Shown here: positions 1 through 9,172 of the stretch, piece by piece
Layout: the number at the start of each line of letters is the position of its first letter
Numbering within the stretch: the first letter of the stretch is position 1
Source: an uncultured Candidatus Peribacteria bacterium
GTDB lineage: Bacteria; Patescibacteriota; Gracilibacteria; UBA4473
DNA: 47,642 nt
Direction: 5' to 3'
Assembly: GCA_964451885.1 (NCBI GenBank)
Contig: CAYVJW010000001.1
Location: 1-47,642 of the forward strand
Program-made: the position numbers and the translations under genes
Notes under the pieces: generated by a model
Told to the model about the DNA's origin: nothing
The model's input: only the letters and a program-made list of their open reading frames with translations
The model's database searches: none

Positions 1-210
1 GCAGGAGCACCAAGATCAAGAGCTGCGCCTTCTGCTGCTGGAGCAGGAGCACCAAGATCAAGAGCTGCACCTTCTTCTGCCGGAGCAGGAGCACCAAGAT
101 CAAGAGCTGCGCCTTCTTCTGCCGGAGTAGGGGCGCCAAGATCAAGAGTTGCGCTTTTCTCTGTAGGAGCAGGAGCGCCTAAGTCAACAGTAGCGCTTTC
201 TTTCGTTGTA
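1..210. repeat. 42-bp tandem repeat array, at least 5 units, continuing beyond the left edge
   Basis: Units at 1-42, 43-84 and 85-126 are nearly identical (gcaggagcaccaagatcaagagctgc[g/a]ccttct...). Units at 127-168 and 169-210 are progressively diverged. The repeat is in frame and encodes the 14-aa unit AALDLGAPAPAEEG on the minus strand. Confidence 0.85.
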
Positions 211-350
211 GCGGTGTCTTCTTTTTTTGTTGTTGTGTCATCTTGTGTTGTGGCAGTTGATGTGTCATCAGTTTGAGCTGTTCCTTGTGCGGAAGTTTCT
301 TCTTTTTTTTCTTCATCATCCTGTCCGAGGCCGAAATTGAATTTAACCAT
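1..350 (-). CDS. Partial CDS (N-terminal part, runs off the left edge): acidic repeat protein with 14-aa tandem repeats
   Basis: Absent from the ORF track because it is truncated by the window edge. The reverse complement of 348-350 is ATG. Translation reads MVKFNFGLGQDDEEKKEETSAQGTAQTDDTSTATTQDDTTTKKEDTATTKESATVDLGAPAPTEKSATLDLGAPTPAEEGAALDLGAPAPAEEGAALDLGAP... and stays open to position 1. No signal peptide is evident. Confidence 0.6.
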   Translation of the reverse strand, partial: MVKFNFGLGQDDEEKKEETSAQGTAQTDDTSTATTQDDTTTKKEDTATTKESATVDLGAPAPTEKSATLDLGAPTPAEEGAALDLGAPAPAEEGAALDLGAPAPAAEGAALDLGAP

Positions 351-434
351 TTTTGTTTTTAAAAGTTGACTTTTACTAAAATATCTAAATACTTTACCTG
401 GTTTTTGATAAAAAATCAAGTTTTTTTGAAATAA

Positions 435-1487
435 ATGGCTTTATCTGATCTAAAAGAACACATTTCCATTCTCTCTAAAGAAGCAAAAGATGTTTTCACT
501 GGCATTCGGAATTTAGAGGACTTAAATGCTTTTTCCGTGCGTTTTCTTGGCACAAAAAGCGACTTAAATGGAATACTTGCCTGTTTGAAAAATTTGTCCG
601 ATAAAGAAAGAAAAATTATCGGGCCTGAAGTTCAAGGGTTTCGCAGTTATTTTTTAGAAAAAGTTAAAGAAAAAAAGGAAAAATTGGAAATTGAGGCATT
701 AAATAAGGAATTGAAATCAGATTGGATTGATGTAACAAAAAGTATTCCTTTTCAAAAAGGAGCTTTGCATCCGCTCTCTTTGGTTCAAAATCGTGTTGAG
801 GAAATTTTTATGTCAATGGGATTTGAAATTGCGGATGGGCCGGAAGTAGAAACAGAATGGAATAATTTTGATGCTTTAAATATTCCCATGTCTCATCCGG
901 CGCGTGATATGCAGGATACTTTTTGGGTCAGGAGCGGTTTGGATGATCCTAATAAAAATTTGGTTCTTCGGACTCAAACCTCTAATGTTCAAATCCGAAA
1001 AATGAAAGAAAAAGGTTGTCCAATCAGATTAATTGCTCCGGGGCGAGTATTTAGGGCTGAGGCTGTAGATGCAAGCCATGATGCGGCGTTTTATCAGGTG
1101 GAAGGATTGTTGGTCGATGAAAATATTTCTTTGGCGCATCTGAAAGGAACAATGGAGATTTTTTTGACAGAGTTTTTTGAGAGAAAAGAAAAAGTTCGTT
1201 TGCGGCCCGGATATTTTCCTTTTGTTGAGCCGGGTTTGGAAGTTGATTTTTTGTGCGCTATTTGTGGGGGTAAGGGGTGTAAAACCTGTAAATATTCCGG
1301 ATGGGTTGAATTTATGGGAGCAGGAATGGTTCATCCCAATGTTCTCAGAAATTGCAATATTGATCCTGAAAAATATTCAGGCTTTGCCTTTGGGTTTGGT
1401 TTAACGAGGTTGGTAATGATGAAATACGGGATTGATGATATTCGGTTGTTATCGTCGCAGAAGAAAGAGTTTCTGGAACAGTTTTAA
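435..1487 (+). CDS. pheS: Phenylalanine--tRNA ligase alpha subunit
   Basis: 350 aa with class II aaRS motifs (HPARDMQDTF, RTQTSNVQIR, GAGMVHPNVL, FGFGLTRL). Includes the CxxC..CxxC insert (CAICGGKGCKTCK) also seen in Firmicute-type PheS. Confidence 0.95.
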   Translation: MALSDLKEHISILSKEAKDVFTGIRNLEDLNAFSVRFLGTKSDLNGILACLKNLSDKERKIIGPEVQGFRSYFLEKVKEKKEKLEIEALNKELKSDWIDVTKSIPFQKGALHPLSLVQNRVEEIFMSMGFEIADGPEVETEWNNFDALNIPMSHPARDMQDTFWVRSGLDDPNKNLVLRTQTSNVQIRKMKEKGCPIRLIAPGRVFRAEAVDASHDAAFYQVEGLLVDENISLAHLKGTMEIFLTEFFERKEKVRLRPGYFPFVEPGLEVDFLCAICGGKGCKTCKYSGWVEFMGAGMVHPNVLRNCNIDPEKYSGFAFGFGLTRLVMMKYGIDDIRLLSSQKKEFLEQF

Positions 1488-1518
1488 GTAATAATCATTA
1501 TTCATTAATCATTATTTT

Positions 1519-2676
1519 ATGGGAAAATTTCAAAATCGTATTGCCCGTTTTTCGAAAGAGCTTCAGACGCTGATTCAAAAAGGGCGGGAGCAAAAATTCA
1601 TTACGGAACAGGAATTGATACGGGTAGTGCCTGATATCGAGGAAAATATAGTAGTACTTGATGATTTGTATGAGCTTTTGTTTGATTTGGGGGTTGATGT
1701 TATTGATGTGAAAGAAGAAAAAATATGGAAGGCCTCTTTAAAGGCAAAAGAAGATAAGGAGAAGCATAAAAAGGTTGTTGTTTCCGAGGATGAAGCTTCT
1801 GAAGGAGAAGAAGAACCGGAGGAGGAAACAGAAATACCAAAGGTGGATTTATCTGAAATTGCAAATGATTCGGTTCGAATGTATTTGAATGAGATAGGTC
1901 GCATACCGCTACTCGATGCTAAAGAGGAGGTGGAGCTTGCGAAAAGAATCGAAAAAGGAGATCTTTCTGCAAAACAAAAATTAGCGGAATCAAACCTTCG
2001 GTTAGTTGTTTCCATAGCAAAACGCTATATCGGTCGAGGATTGCCGTTTTTGGATTTGATGCAGGAAGGAAATTTTGGGCTACTGCGGGCGGTGGAGAAG
2101 TTTGATTATCGGAAAGGATTTAAGTTTTCTACTTACGCGACGTGGTGGATACGCCAGGCAATTACGCGTGCGATAGCCGATCAGGCCAGAACCATTCGTA
2201 TTCCGGTTCATATGGTCGAGACGATTAATAAGCTGACCCATACGCAGCGCCGGCTTTTACAGGAGTTTGGGAGGGAGCCTCTGCCGGAGGAAATTGCGGC
2301 CGAAATGGATATGGACGTAAAGAAAGTGAACCATATTCTGAAAATCTCTCAGGATATTGTTTCTCTGGAGTCTCCAGTAGGAACAGAAGAAGATTCCAAG
2401 CTTGGGGATTTTATTGAAGATGAATCAGCTATCTCGCCTTTTGATTCTGCCCATCGGATTTTAATAAAAGAAAATATAGGGGATCTCCTGCAGTATCTTT
2501 CTCCTCGGGAACAGAAAATCATAAAAATGCGTTTTGGGTTGGAAGATGGCGTAACGCATACTTTGGAGGAAGTTGGACGGGAATTTAATGTTACGCGTGA
2601 GAGAATTCGGCAGATTGAAAGTAAGGTGCTGGAGAAGATGCGGGAGCATCCGATGTCGATCAAGATAACGGAATAG
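1519..2676 (+). CDS. rpoD: Primary RNA polymerase sigma factor (sigma-70 family, group 1)
   Basis: 385 aa. Region 2 reads [56 protein letters not shown]. Region 4 reads [24 protein letters not shown]. An acidic N-terminal spacer is present. Confidence 0.95.
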   Translation: MGKFQNRIARFSKELQTLIQKGREQKFITEQELIRVVPDIEENIVVLDDLYELLFDLGVDVIDVKEEKIWKASLKAKEDKEKHKKVVVSEDEASEGEEEPEEETEIPKVDLSEIANDSVRMYLNEIGRIPLLDAKEEVELAKRIEKGDLSAKQKLAESNLRLVVSIAKRYIGRGLPFLDLMQEGNFGLLRAVEKFDYRKGFKFSTYATWWIRQAITRAIADQARTIRIPVHMVETINKLTHTQRRLLQEFGREPLPEEIAAEMDMDVKKVNHILKISQDIVSLESPVGTEEDSKLGDFIEDESAISPFDSAHRILIKENIGDLLQYLSPREQKIIKMRFGLEDGVTHTLEEVGREFNVTRERIRQIESKVLEKMREHPMSIKITE

Positions 2677-2686
2677 TTTTAGAGAC

Positions 2687-3550
2687 TTATAAAATCCTAA
2701 ACGAATCAAAAATCTTCTTCGAAATATCTATAAAGTTTGTGGCTAATCGTGAAGGAGTATTTGTTTCTATGAGAAATATTCCGTTAGTGGAGCTTTTTAC
2801 AAAATAACGGTTTATAAATACCTCTTTTTCCCCATTATTTGTGGCAAGAAAGCTTTCAGTGAACATTTGATTTTTTATGGCGGAGTTTAATTCGGCATTT
2901 GAGACATGAGCTCGTCTGTTTATTTTACTTGTTGTAAACAATTTTTTTTCCCGGTTGATGTTTTTAGAGAAATCTATGGAACAAGCGGTAAAACTGACAC
3001 CTTGGCAATTATCTGCCAAACGTGTTACTGAAACGGTGAATTCCGAAGAAGGGGAAATAAAAGAAAGGTTATCCTTATTGGTTGTAACAGGATGCCATAA
3101 ATGGGGAACTTGAATGGAAAAACTATCATTACTGTATGTTTCTAATGTTCTGATATCGCCCCCTATATTTTTATAATATACAACATGATTATTTTGGTTT
3201 TGTTTTTCTGCTGTTGTCCAACGTAGGGATTTACGGGCTTTCAGCAATTGATTAAAGTTAACGGAAGCAAAAGTATTTCGGATGTTTTGTGGTGTGTACT
3301 TTGAAGCCTTGGCAGCCAACTGCCGGGTTAATGGCTTGGGGGGGTGGGAATTTGCCTTCAAAGGAATGGAAAAAGCATATCGTCTTTTTGAAAATTTCCG
3401 GCTTCTTTGTGCGGTTTTTAAGGGCGTCTTAGAAATTCTTTTTTGTGAAAAGAAATAAGAATGATATGTGTTCCGGGAAGCCTCGGAAAACGGGAGGAGC
3501 GCACCGGCTAAAAATATGAATCCAATACCGAGGGAGATAGTTTTTTTCAT
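2687..3550 (-). CDS. Hypothetical secreted protein, divergent member of a 3-gene tandem paralogue family
   Basis: N-terminal signal peptide MKKTISLGIGFIFLAGALLPFSEA, then a basic linker. It shares a Cys pair (DNCQGVSFTACSIDF) and a C-terminal motif (..IFLIETN...KKIFDSFRIL) with the two neighbouring genes. Confidence 0.6.
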   Translation of the reverse strand: MKKTISLGIGFIFLAGALLPFSEASRNTYHSYFFSQKRISKTPLKTAQRSRKFSKRRYAFSIPLKANSHPPKPLTRQLAAKASKYTPQNIRNTFASVNFNQLLKARKSLRWTTAEKQNQNNHVVYYKNIGGDIRTLETYSNDSFSIQVPHLWHPVTTNKDNLSFISPSSEFTVSVTRLADNCQGVSFTACSIDFSKNINREKKLFTTSKINRRAHVSNAELNSAIKNQMFTESFLATNNGEKEVFINRYFVKSSTNGIFLIETNTPSRLATNFIDISKKIFDSFRIL

Positions 3551-3573
3551 GGGAAGAAAATTTTAATCATTAT

Positions 3574-4410
3574 TTAAAATCGAAAGCTTTCAAACACTTC
3601 AAACATAATTTTCGCTGCAGACGTTGTTTCCTGCTCATTGCCCACTGCTTCTATTCGGATTACGGATCCGTCTTTTGGGTCGAGGGTGTTGAAAATGAAA
3701 TAAACGTTATCAGATCCGAATGCGTTTCCTTTGAAGCTTTCAATGAATGTTGGGTATTTCAAAAAAGTATGGGCTCTTGATTGACTGCTTCTGGGGACTT
3801 TTATGTGGTGGGTTGTTGAACCTAGGTTTTGGGTGTTTTTAAAATGTTTATTTAGGCTGATAGCGCATAAATTAAAGTTTTTCGGTGTACATGTATATTT
3901 TTCAGGTGTTCTCACAATTCTAAAGGAAAGAGTGGATTTGTTATTTTTATAAACTCCATATTGATTTCTATTAAATTCTCTTGGGGTTTTGATGATATAT
4001 TCTTGCGGCTCGAGCAGTCTGGATCGGTCGTTTGTAAAAAGAATAGGTTTTTTTAAGCTTCTTGCTGTGTTTCCTCTTACGTGAAAGTTTCGGCGGACAG
4101 GAAAATTTCGCAGGACAGGTTTGTGGGTTTGATGTTTGTCCGGCATAGTGTTCTTGTCCTGAGAAACTCTTGTGTAGAAGGCAGCGAAGATGGAAGGCTT
4201 AAATTTTTGTACTGATCTGGACATCCAGTAAGTTTTTTTTTCTGAATAGTTATTAAACTTTTTTCGGTAACTGAACGGGCCGATTCTATTTGAAAATCGT
4301 CGGTGTTCTTTGAGGTTATTATAACCGGTGTTTCGTATGCCTTCAGAGGACGAGATAATCGTAGTGGCTAAGAATAATAGGCAAATGCTGAGTGAAATGA
4401 TTTTTTTCAT
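3574..4410 (-). CDS. Hypothetical secreted protein, tandem paralogue family member
   Basis: I moved the start to the internal ATG at 4410 (MKKIISLSICLLFLATTIISSSEG signal peptide). This removes the overlap with the upstream gene. C-terminus SVIRIEAVGNEQETTSAAKIMFEVFESFRF is clearly homologous to 4421-5200. Conserved Cys pair in YTCTPKNFNLCAISL. Confidence 0.65.
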   Translation of the reverse strand: MKKIISLSICLLFLATTIISSSEGIRNTGYNNLKEHRRFSNRIGPFSYRKKFNNYSEKKTYWMSRSVQKFKPSIFAAFYTRVSQDKNTMPDKHQTHKPVLRNFPVRRNFHVRGNTARSLKKPILFTNDRSRLLEPQEYIIKTPREFNRNQYGVYKNNKSTLSFRIVRTPEKYTCTPKNFNLCAISLNKHFKNTQNLGSTTHHIKVPRSSQSRAHTFLKYPTFIESFKGNAFGSDNVYFIFNTLDPKDGSVIRIEAVGNEQETTSAAKIMFEVFESFRF

Positions 4411-4420
4411 GGAGAGAATA

Positions 4421-5200
4421 TTATTTTTTAAACCTAAAGCTTTCAAATACCTTAAACATGGTTTTTGCTGCATATGCGGCTTCTTTTTTGTTTGCGATTG
4501 CTTCTATTCGGATTACAGATCTGTCATTCGGGTTAATGGTGCTGAGGATAAGATAAATGTTTTCGGTGCCGAACATAGTTGCTCGGAAGCTTTCGATGAA
4601 AGTTGGGTATTTTATGAAAGAGCGGGTTTGAGAAGCTACCTGGCGTGAACTTTTTGTGTAGTGTGATATGTGTGAGATGTTTTGTTTTCTTTTGAAATCT
4701 TTTCCTAAATTTATGGCACATAGATTAAAACTTTCCTGAACGCATTTGTATTTTTCCGGGGTTTTTAAAACTCGGAAAGTAAGGGATGATTTTTTATGGC
4801 GATAAATTCCGTCTGCATGTCGGTTGTACCCGTAAGGAGTTTGAATTATATATTTATAGGGGGAGAAAGTACGAAAGCGCGGATTTGGTAGCAGTTCGTT
4901 CTTTTGTTTTTTAATTAACGGACGTTTAACATAAAACTTTTGGTATTTTGAAAAATAAGGTTTGTGTCTGCGGGATGATTGGTTTGTCCAATAATTTTCT
5001 GGTTCGCTGTATTTCCTGCGTTTCGTTTTTCGGTGATAATTAAAAGGACTAGTTCTTTTTGAAAAATAACGGGCTTTTCGGTCGTGTCCTTTTTTTGAAG
5101 ATAGATAAGCGTGGTAGGTATATCGTGATGCTTCCGAAAGTGGAATTATAGTGATAACCAGGAAGGAAAGGCCGACAATTACGGCGATTGTTTTTCGCAT
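4421..5200 (-). CDS. Hypothetical secreted protein, tandem paralogue family member
   Basis: Signal peptide MRKTIAVIVGLSFLVITIIPLSEA, then a very basic K/R/Y-rich linker. Conserved motifs are YKCVQESFNLCAINL and SVIRIEAIANKKEAAYAAKTMFKVFESFRFKK. Confidence 0.65.
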   Translation of the reverse strand: MRKTIAVIVGLSFLVITIIPLSEASRYTYHAYLSSKKGHDRKARYFSKRTSPFNYHRKTKRRKYSEPENYWTNQSSRRHKPYFSKYQKFYVKRPLIKKQKNELLPNPRFRTFSPYKYIIQTPYGYNRHADGIYRHKKSSLTFRVLKTPEKYKCVQESFNLCAINLGKDFKRKQNISHISHYTKSSRQVASQTRSFIKYPTFIESFRATMFGTENIYLILSTINPNDRSVIRIEAIANKKEAAYAAKTMFKVFESFRFKK

Positions 5201-5224
5201 GAGTTTTTTGGAATTAAATAAAAT

Positions 5225-5255
5225 AAAAGAGCGCCTTTTTAAGGCTTACTCTTTT
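5225..5255 (-). terminator. Putative intrinsic terminator downstream of pheT
   Basis: aaaagag(5225-5231) pairs with ctctttt(5249-5255), with an inner gcctt/aaggc pairing. On the minus strand the hairpin is followed by a T-rich run (attttattt). Confidence 0.45.
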
Positions 5256-5313
5256 TATTTTTATTTTCTTGCCGCATTTTTATTTTAAAAAAAGCTTTTG
5301 TCAAGATGATTTT

Positions 5314-7686
5314 TTATCTTCCTTTCTCCTGATCAAACTTCAGCCTGAGTTTTGCTTTAAATTTTTTATTTAAAGCCTGGACGATGGCATTGAAATTTTC
5401 ATCGATTTCTTTTTCTTCCAGGGTTTTGTTGTCAGATCTGAATTCAAGGTGAAAGGCTAGATTTTTTAGGTTTTTTCCTAATTTTTTATTGTCACTGAAT
5501 TCATCGAAGAGTTTTATGCTTCGCAGGAGGGGGGAGCTGTTAAACGACACAGCTTCTACTTCTGACATCAGAGCTTTTGAATCAAGGACGATTGACATGT
5601 CCCGGTGTACGGATGGGAAAGGAGATATTTTGAGATATTTTATGTCTACTCGGCGGAAGTGTTCCAATAGTTTTTCAACATTAATTTCTGCAAAAACTAC
5701 GGCTGAATTTTTTACAGGTAAGTTGGCTGGATGGAGTACAGCAATATTTCCGATATTTTCTTCATTAATTATTATTTCTGCTGATTTTGAGGGATGAAAG
5801 TATTTTTTTGGATTTGAGGATGGGGTGTATTCGGGGGTAAGTCTCAGATGGGAAAAAAGTGCTGACAGTTCGCTTTTTAGATGAAAAAACAGGTTGTTTT
5901 CTTCTTTTGAAATTCTGGCTGAAAGTAGGGCAAAATGTAGAATTTCTTTGGGTTGAAATATTTTTCCGAATTCAAAGAAATTAACTTCTTTGTGTGTTCG
6001 AAGGTCGGATTCAAGATTTTTTACAAGATTATAAATGAGTGTTTGTCTGAGTTGGTTTTGTTCTTTTGAGAGTGGATTTTCAATTTCAACGGAATCTTCT
6101 TGCCCTGTAAAATTTCCTTCTTTGTTGTTCACAAAAGAGTAGTTATATGTTTCGAGGAAACCGCGTGAGGAGGCAAATTCTTTTATCTGCCATTCGAGTT
6201 CTCGAAGAATGTTTCGGCAGGGGGGGCACAGGGGAAGATTTGGGAGCTTTGATTTTATGTCTTCAAATCCGTGCAATCGAACGACTTCTTCGATTAAATC
6301 CTCCGGAATTTCAATGTCTTTTGTGGCACGGAAACTGGGAATGTTAATATTTAAATTTTTATTTTTTTTTGTTACTAAAAAACCGATTGATTCCAGTTTT
6401 TGGATGATTTCTTCATCCAAAATATCAATGCCTGATCGTGAACGGACAAGGTTTGGGTCAAGAATAATGGATTTTTGTGTTGGGGGGTACGGAAATTCAT
6501 CTGTAAGGTTTGTTTCAATTTTTGCTTCCGGACAAAGTTCAAGTAGTTTTTCGCTTGCCGCGAGCAATGCCGGACGGCAACTGAGGCTGTCAAGAGATTT
6601 TTCATACCGCATTGAGCTTTCAGAACGCAATCCAAGTCTTTTGGAAGTTTTTCTTATGGCGACCGGATCCCAATTGGCACATTCAAAAATTATTTCTTTT
6701 GTGTTTTCAGTGACTCCGGAAAAAGATCCTCCCATAATTCCGGCAACCGACAGAACTCCTTTTTTATCGGCTACTACTGTGTCCTGAGGAGTAAGTTCGT
6801 ATTCTTCGCCGTCAAGGGCGAGTAGTTTTTCTCCTTTTTTGGCTTGCCTGATAATAAGCGGGAGTAAAATTTTTTCGGCATCAAAGGCATGCATTGGTTG
6901 GCCAAATTCCAATAAAATCCGGTTTGTAGTATCTACGACGTTTGAAATGCTTCGTATTCCCAGGTTTTCAAGGCGTACTTGTGTTGCCAGGCATGAAGGA
7001 GTTATTTTTATTTTTGAAATTTTGAGGGCGCAAAAACGGCGGCATTTGTCAGATTTAATTATTACGGGAACGGGTTCTCCTTTGTGAGGTAATGATATTC
7101 TTGGACACTCTTTGAGTTTTCCTCCAAAAATAGCGGCAATTTCCCGGGCAAATCCGTGATGTCCCATTAAATCCGGCCGGTGAGTAAGGCTTTTGTTATC
7201 AATGTCGAATAAAGTGTCTTGAAATTCTATGCATATTTCAGGCAAACTTTTTCCGATAGTTTTTTCGGAAAAAGTTAAAAGTTCTTCATTTTTAAATCCC
7301 AGTTCGTTGTTATCGCAGATCATTCCTTCGGATTTTTCTCCTTTGATTTCGGTTTCTTTTATTTCAATGCCTGAGGCAAGTTTTGCGCCATTAATTGCGA
7401 TTGGATATATACTCCCTTTTTTTACTTTATGAACAGACCCAAAAATGATTTGTTTTTTCCTTTGTGGCCCCAAATCAAATGTTCCTATGTGCAATTTTTT
7501 AGCTTTCGGGTGTTGGGTCCAATTGAGAAGTTTTCCCGCAAAAATCCGGTCAAAGTATGGCTTAAGGGGGATTATTTCTTCAAGTTCTGCGGTGTGCAGC
7601 GTTAGTTTTTTCTCGACTTCTTCGGGAGTGGGGGGGGAAGTCGGGAAGGTTAGGAAAGTTTGTAGCCAATTCCAGGATAATTTCAT
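5314..7686 (-). CDS. pheT: Phenylalanine--tRNA ligase beta subunit
   Basis: 790 aa, typical bacterial PheT length and layout: N-terminal tRNA-binding domain (IFAGKLLNWTQHPKAKKLHIGTFDLG), B3/4 and B5 regions (NVVDTTNRILLEFGQPMHAFD, GIMGG), and a C-terminal FDX-ACB-like domain. Confidence 0.93.
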   Translation of the reverse strand: MKLSWNWLQTFLTFPTSPPTPEEVEKKLTLHTAELEEIIPLKPYFDRIFAGKLLNWTQHPKAKKLHIGTFDLGPQRKKQIIFGSVHKVKKGSIYPIAINGAKLASGIEIKETEIKGEKSEGMICDNNELGFKNEELLTFSEKTIGKSLPEICIEFQDTLFDIDNKSLTHRPDLMGHHGFAREIAAIFGGKLKECPRISLPHKGEPVPVIIKSDKCRRFCALKISKIKITPSCLATQVRLENLGIRSISNVVDTTNRILLEFGQPMHAFDAEKILLPLIIRQAKKGEKLLALDGEEYELTPQDTVVADKKGVLSVAGIMGGSFSGVTENTKEIIFECANWDPVAIRKTSKRLGLRSESSMRYEKSLDSLSCRPALLAASEKLLELCPEAKIETNLTDEFPYPPTQKSIILDPNLVRSRSGIDILDEEIIQKLESIGFLVTKKNKNLNINIPSFRATKDIEIPEDLIEEVVRLHGFEDIKSKLPNLPLCPPCRNILRELEWQIKEFASSRGFLETYNYSFVNNKEGNFTGQEDSVEIENPLSKEQNQLRQTLIYNLVKNLESDLRTHKEVNFFEFGKIFQPKEILHFALLSARISKEENNLFFHLKSELSALFSHLRLTPEYTPSSNPKKYFHPSKSAEIIINEENIGNIAVLHPANLPVKNSAVVFAEINVEKLLEHFRRVDIKYLKISPFPSVHRDMSIVLDSKALMSEVEAVSFNSSPLLRSIKLFDEFSDNKKLGKNLKNLAFHLEFRSDNKTLEEKEIDENFNAIVQALNKKFKAKLRLKFDQEKGR

Positions 7687-7770
7687 TTTTTATAATGAGT
7701 AATAAATAATGAACACTTTATGTTTTGGAGTAATTTATAAAATAGCTCTTATTATTTTCTGCCATGTTCC

Positions 7771-9078
7771 TTAATCATTATTCATTAAAAATGTTTCCAG
7801 TATTTCTCGGCACACAATTCTGTCGTCAAACGGAATCACCTGCGTCCCGATAGTTTGAGCCTTTTCGTGTCCTCGGCCGGCTATCAGTACTGTGTCACCT
7901 TTTTCTGCTGTTAGTATTGCGTATCGGATTGCTTCGTATCGGTCTTCAATTTCGAAGAAATTTTCGCCTTCTTTTCGGGGGATTTTTTCCCGGATCGCGG
8001 AAGCGATTTTTTTTGGATCTTCGTCGTACGGGTCGTCTGTGGAGAGAACGATTTCATCAGCCGTTTCCTCCAGGGCTTTTGCTGATTCCTGTATATTTTT
8101 TTTGGTTCTTCCTCCTGCTCCTCCCCAGACGGCAATTATTTTTCCGGGTGTAATATTGTGCAGTGTTTTTAATACAGCTGTTAAAGCGGAAGGTTTGTAT
8201 GAGAAATCTACCACTACGGAAAAATTCTGTCCAAGGTTTATTACTTCCAGCCTGCCCTCTATCCCGGGGAAGTGGGCTAAAGCTTTCTTCAGATTATTAA
8301 CTTTCACTCCGAATGAAATTACCGCTGAGACGGCGGCTAGTAAATTTTCCAAATTATGCATACCTACTAGCGGGACTTTAATATCTGATACATGATTGGG
8401 AATATGAAGTGTGAATTTTGTATTTTGGTTTGTTAATTTTATGTTTTCAGCGCGTATACTTGCCGGCCTTTTTGTGGAAAAGGTCCATTTTCGGTCAGCC
8501 GGAATTTCTTTAAAAATTTCAAAGCATGGGTCATCTCCGTTAACAACAGATGTTTTTTTTATGCCCGGTTTTCTGAATGACAAGTTTAATTTTTTAAAGA
8601 GTTTTGTTTTTGCTCGTATGTATTCAGCAAAAGTTCTGTGATAATCCAGGTGTTCGTTATCACGGATATTTGTTATAATGGCCGTGTCAACAGCAATGCC
8701 CCATATGCGATTTTGATCGATAGCGTGTGATGAAACCTCTAGAACGCAGAACTCCATTCCTTGCTGGACCATTTTTTGGAGCAGTTTTTGTGTTGTCCAT
8801 GGGCGGAGAGATGTCCTGAGGGTTGTATTGGTTTCTACCCTGTCTCCCAAATGAAAATTAATAGTCGAAATCCCGCCGCATTTTTTTCCGGCGCTTTGGA
8901 GCAGGTAATGGATAAGTTCGACGGTTGTTGATTTTCCGGAAGTACCGGTTACAGCAATGATTTTCAGGCGGTGGGAAGGGAATCGGTAATAAACAGCCGC
9001 CAATATTGCTGAAATTTTGTGGTACAGCAGGCGGAGTTTTGAACGAGGAGGGAGGATATTACGTAAGTAGTTTAGCAT
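7771..9078 (-). CDS. murE: Mur ligase family protein, MurE-like (UDP-N-acetylmuramoyl-tripeptide synthetase) with a short N-terminus
   Basis: P-loop AVTGTSGKSTT lies near residue 45, so the usual N-terminal domain is abbreviated. Other motifs: EVSSHAIDQNR, NIRDNEHLDYH, and C-terminal STDDPYDEDP...LIAGRGHEKAQTIGTQVIPFDDR, typical of MurE. The amino acid added cannot be read from sequence. Confidence 0.75.
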   Translation of the reverse strand: MLNYLRNILPPRSKLRLLYHKISAILAAVYYRFPSHRLKIIAVTGTSGKSTTVELIHYLLQSAGKKCGGISTINFHLGDRVETNTTLRTSLRPWTTQKLLQKMVQQGMEFCVLEVSSHAIDQNRIWGIAVDTAIITNIRDNEHLDYHRTFAEYIRAKTKLFKKLNLSFRKPGIKKTSVVNGDDPCFEIFKEIPADRKWTFSTKRPASIRAENIKLTNQNTKFTLHIPNHVSDIKVPLVGMHNLENLLAAVSAVISFGVKVNNLKKALAHFPGIEGRLEVINLGQNFSVVVDFSYKPSALTAVLKTLHNITPGKIIAVWGGAGGRTKKNIQESAKALEETADEIVLSTDDPYDEDPKKIASAIREKIPRKEGENFFEIEDRYEAIRYAILTAEKGDTVLIAGRGHEKAQTIGTQVIPFDDRIVCREILETFLMNND

Positions 9079-9090
9079 TTACAATAGTTT

Positions 9091-9123
9091 AATTAAAAAT
9101 TAAAAATTAAAAATTAAAAATTT
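9091..9123. repeat. Heptanucleotide tandem repeat (aattaaa x about 4.7) in a divergent intergenic region
   Basis: aattaaa aattaaa aattaaa aattaaa aattt lies between the murE-like start (9078, minus) and der (plus). Confidence 0.8.
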
Positions 9124-9172
9124 GAGGAAGTTGTAATTGTCAAATTCTAAAAAAAGTATTAATTTATTTTTG

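Noticed and set aside
3574-4473. The 5'-extended ORF versions in the track (3574-4473, 34523-35131, 21458-22600, 45527-46021, 25559-26005 and others)
   Set aside because: The extensions overlap neighbouring genes, start at non-ATG codons or lack a ribosome-binding site. Internal ATGs give canonical N-termini: signal peptides, the G1 motif of YchF, or a strong AGGAGG for 34628.
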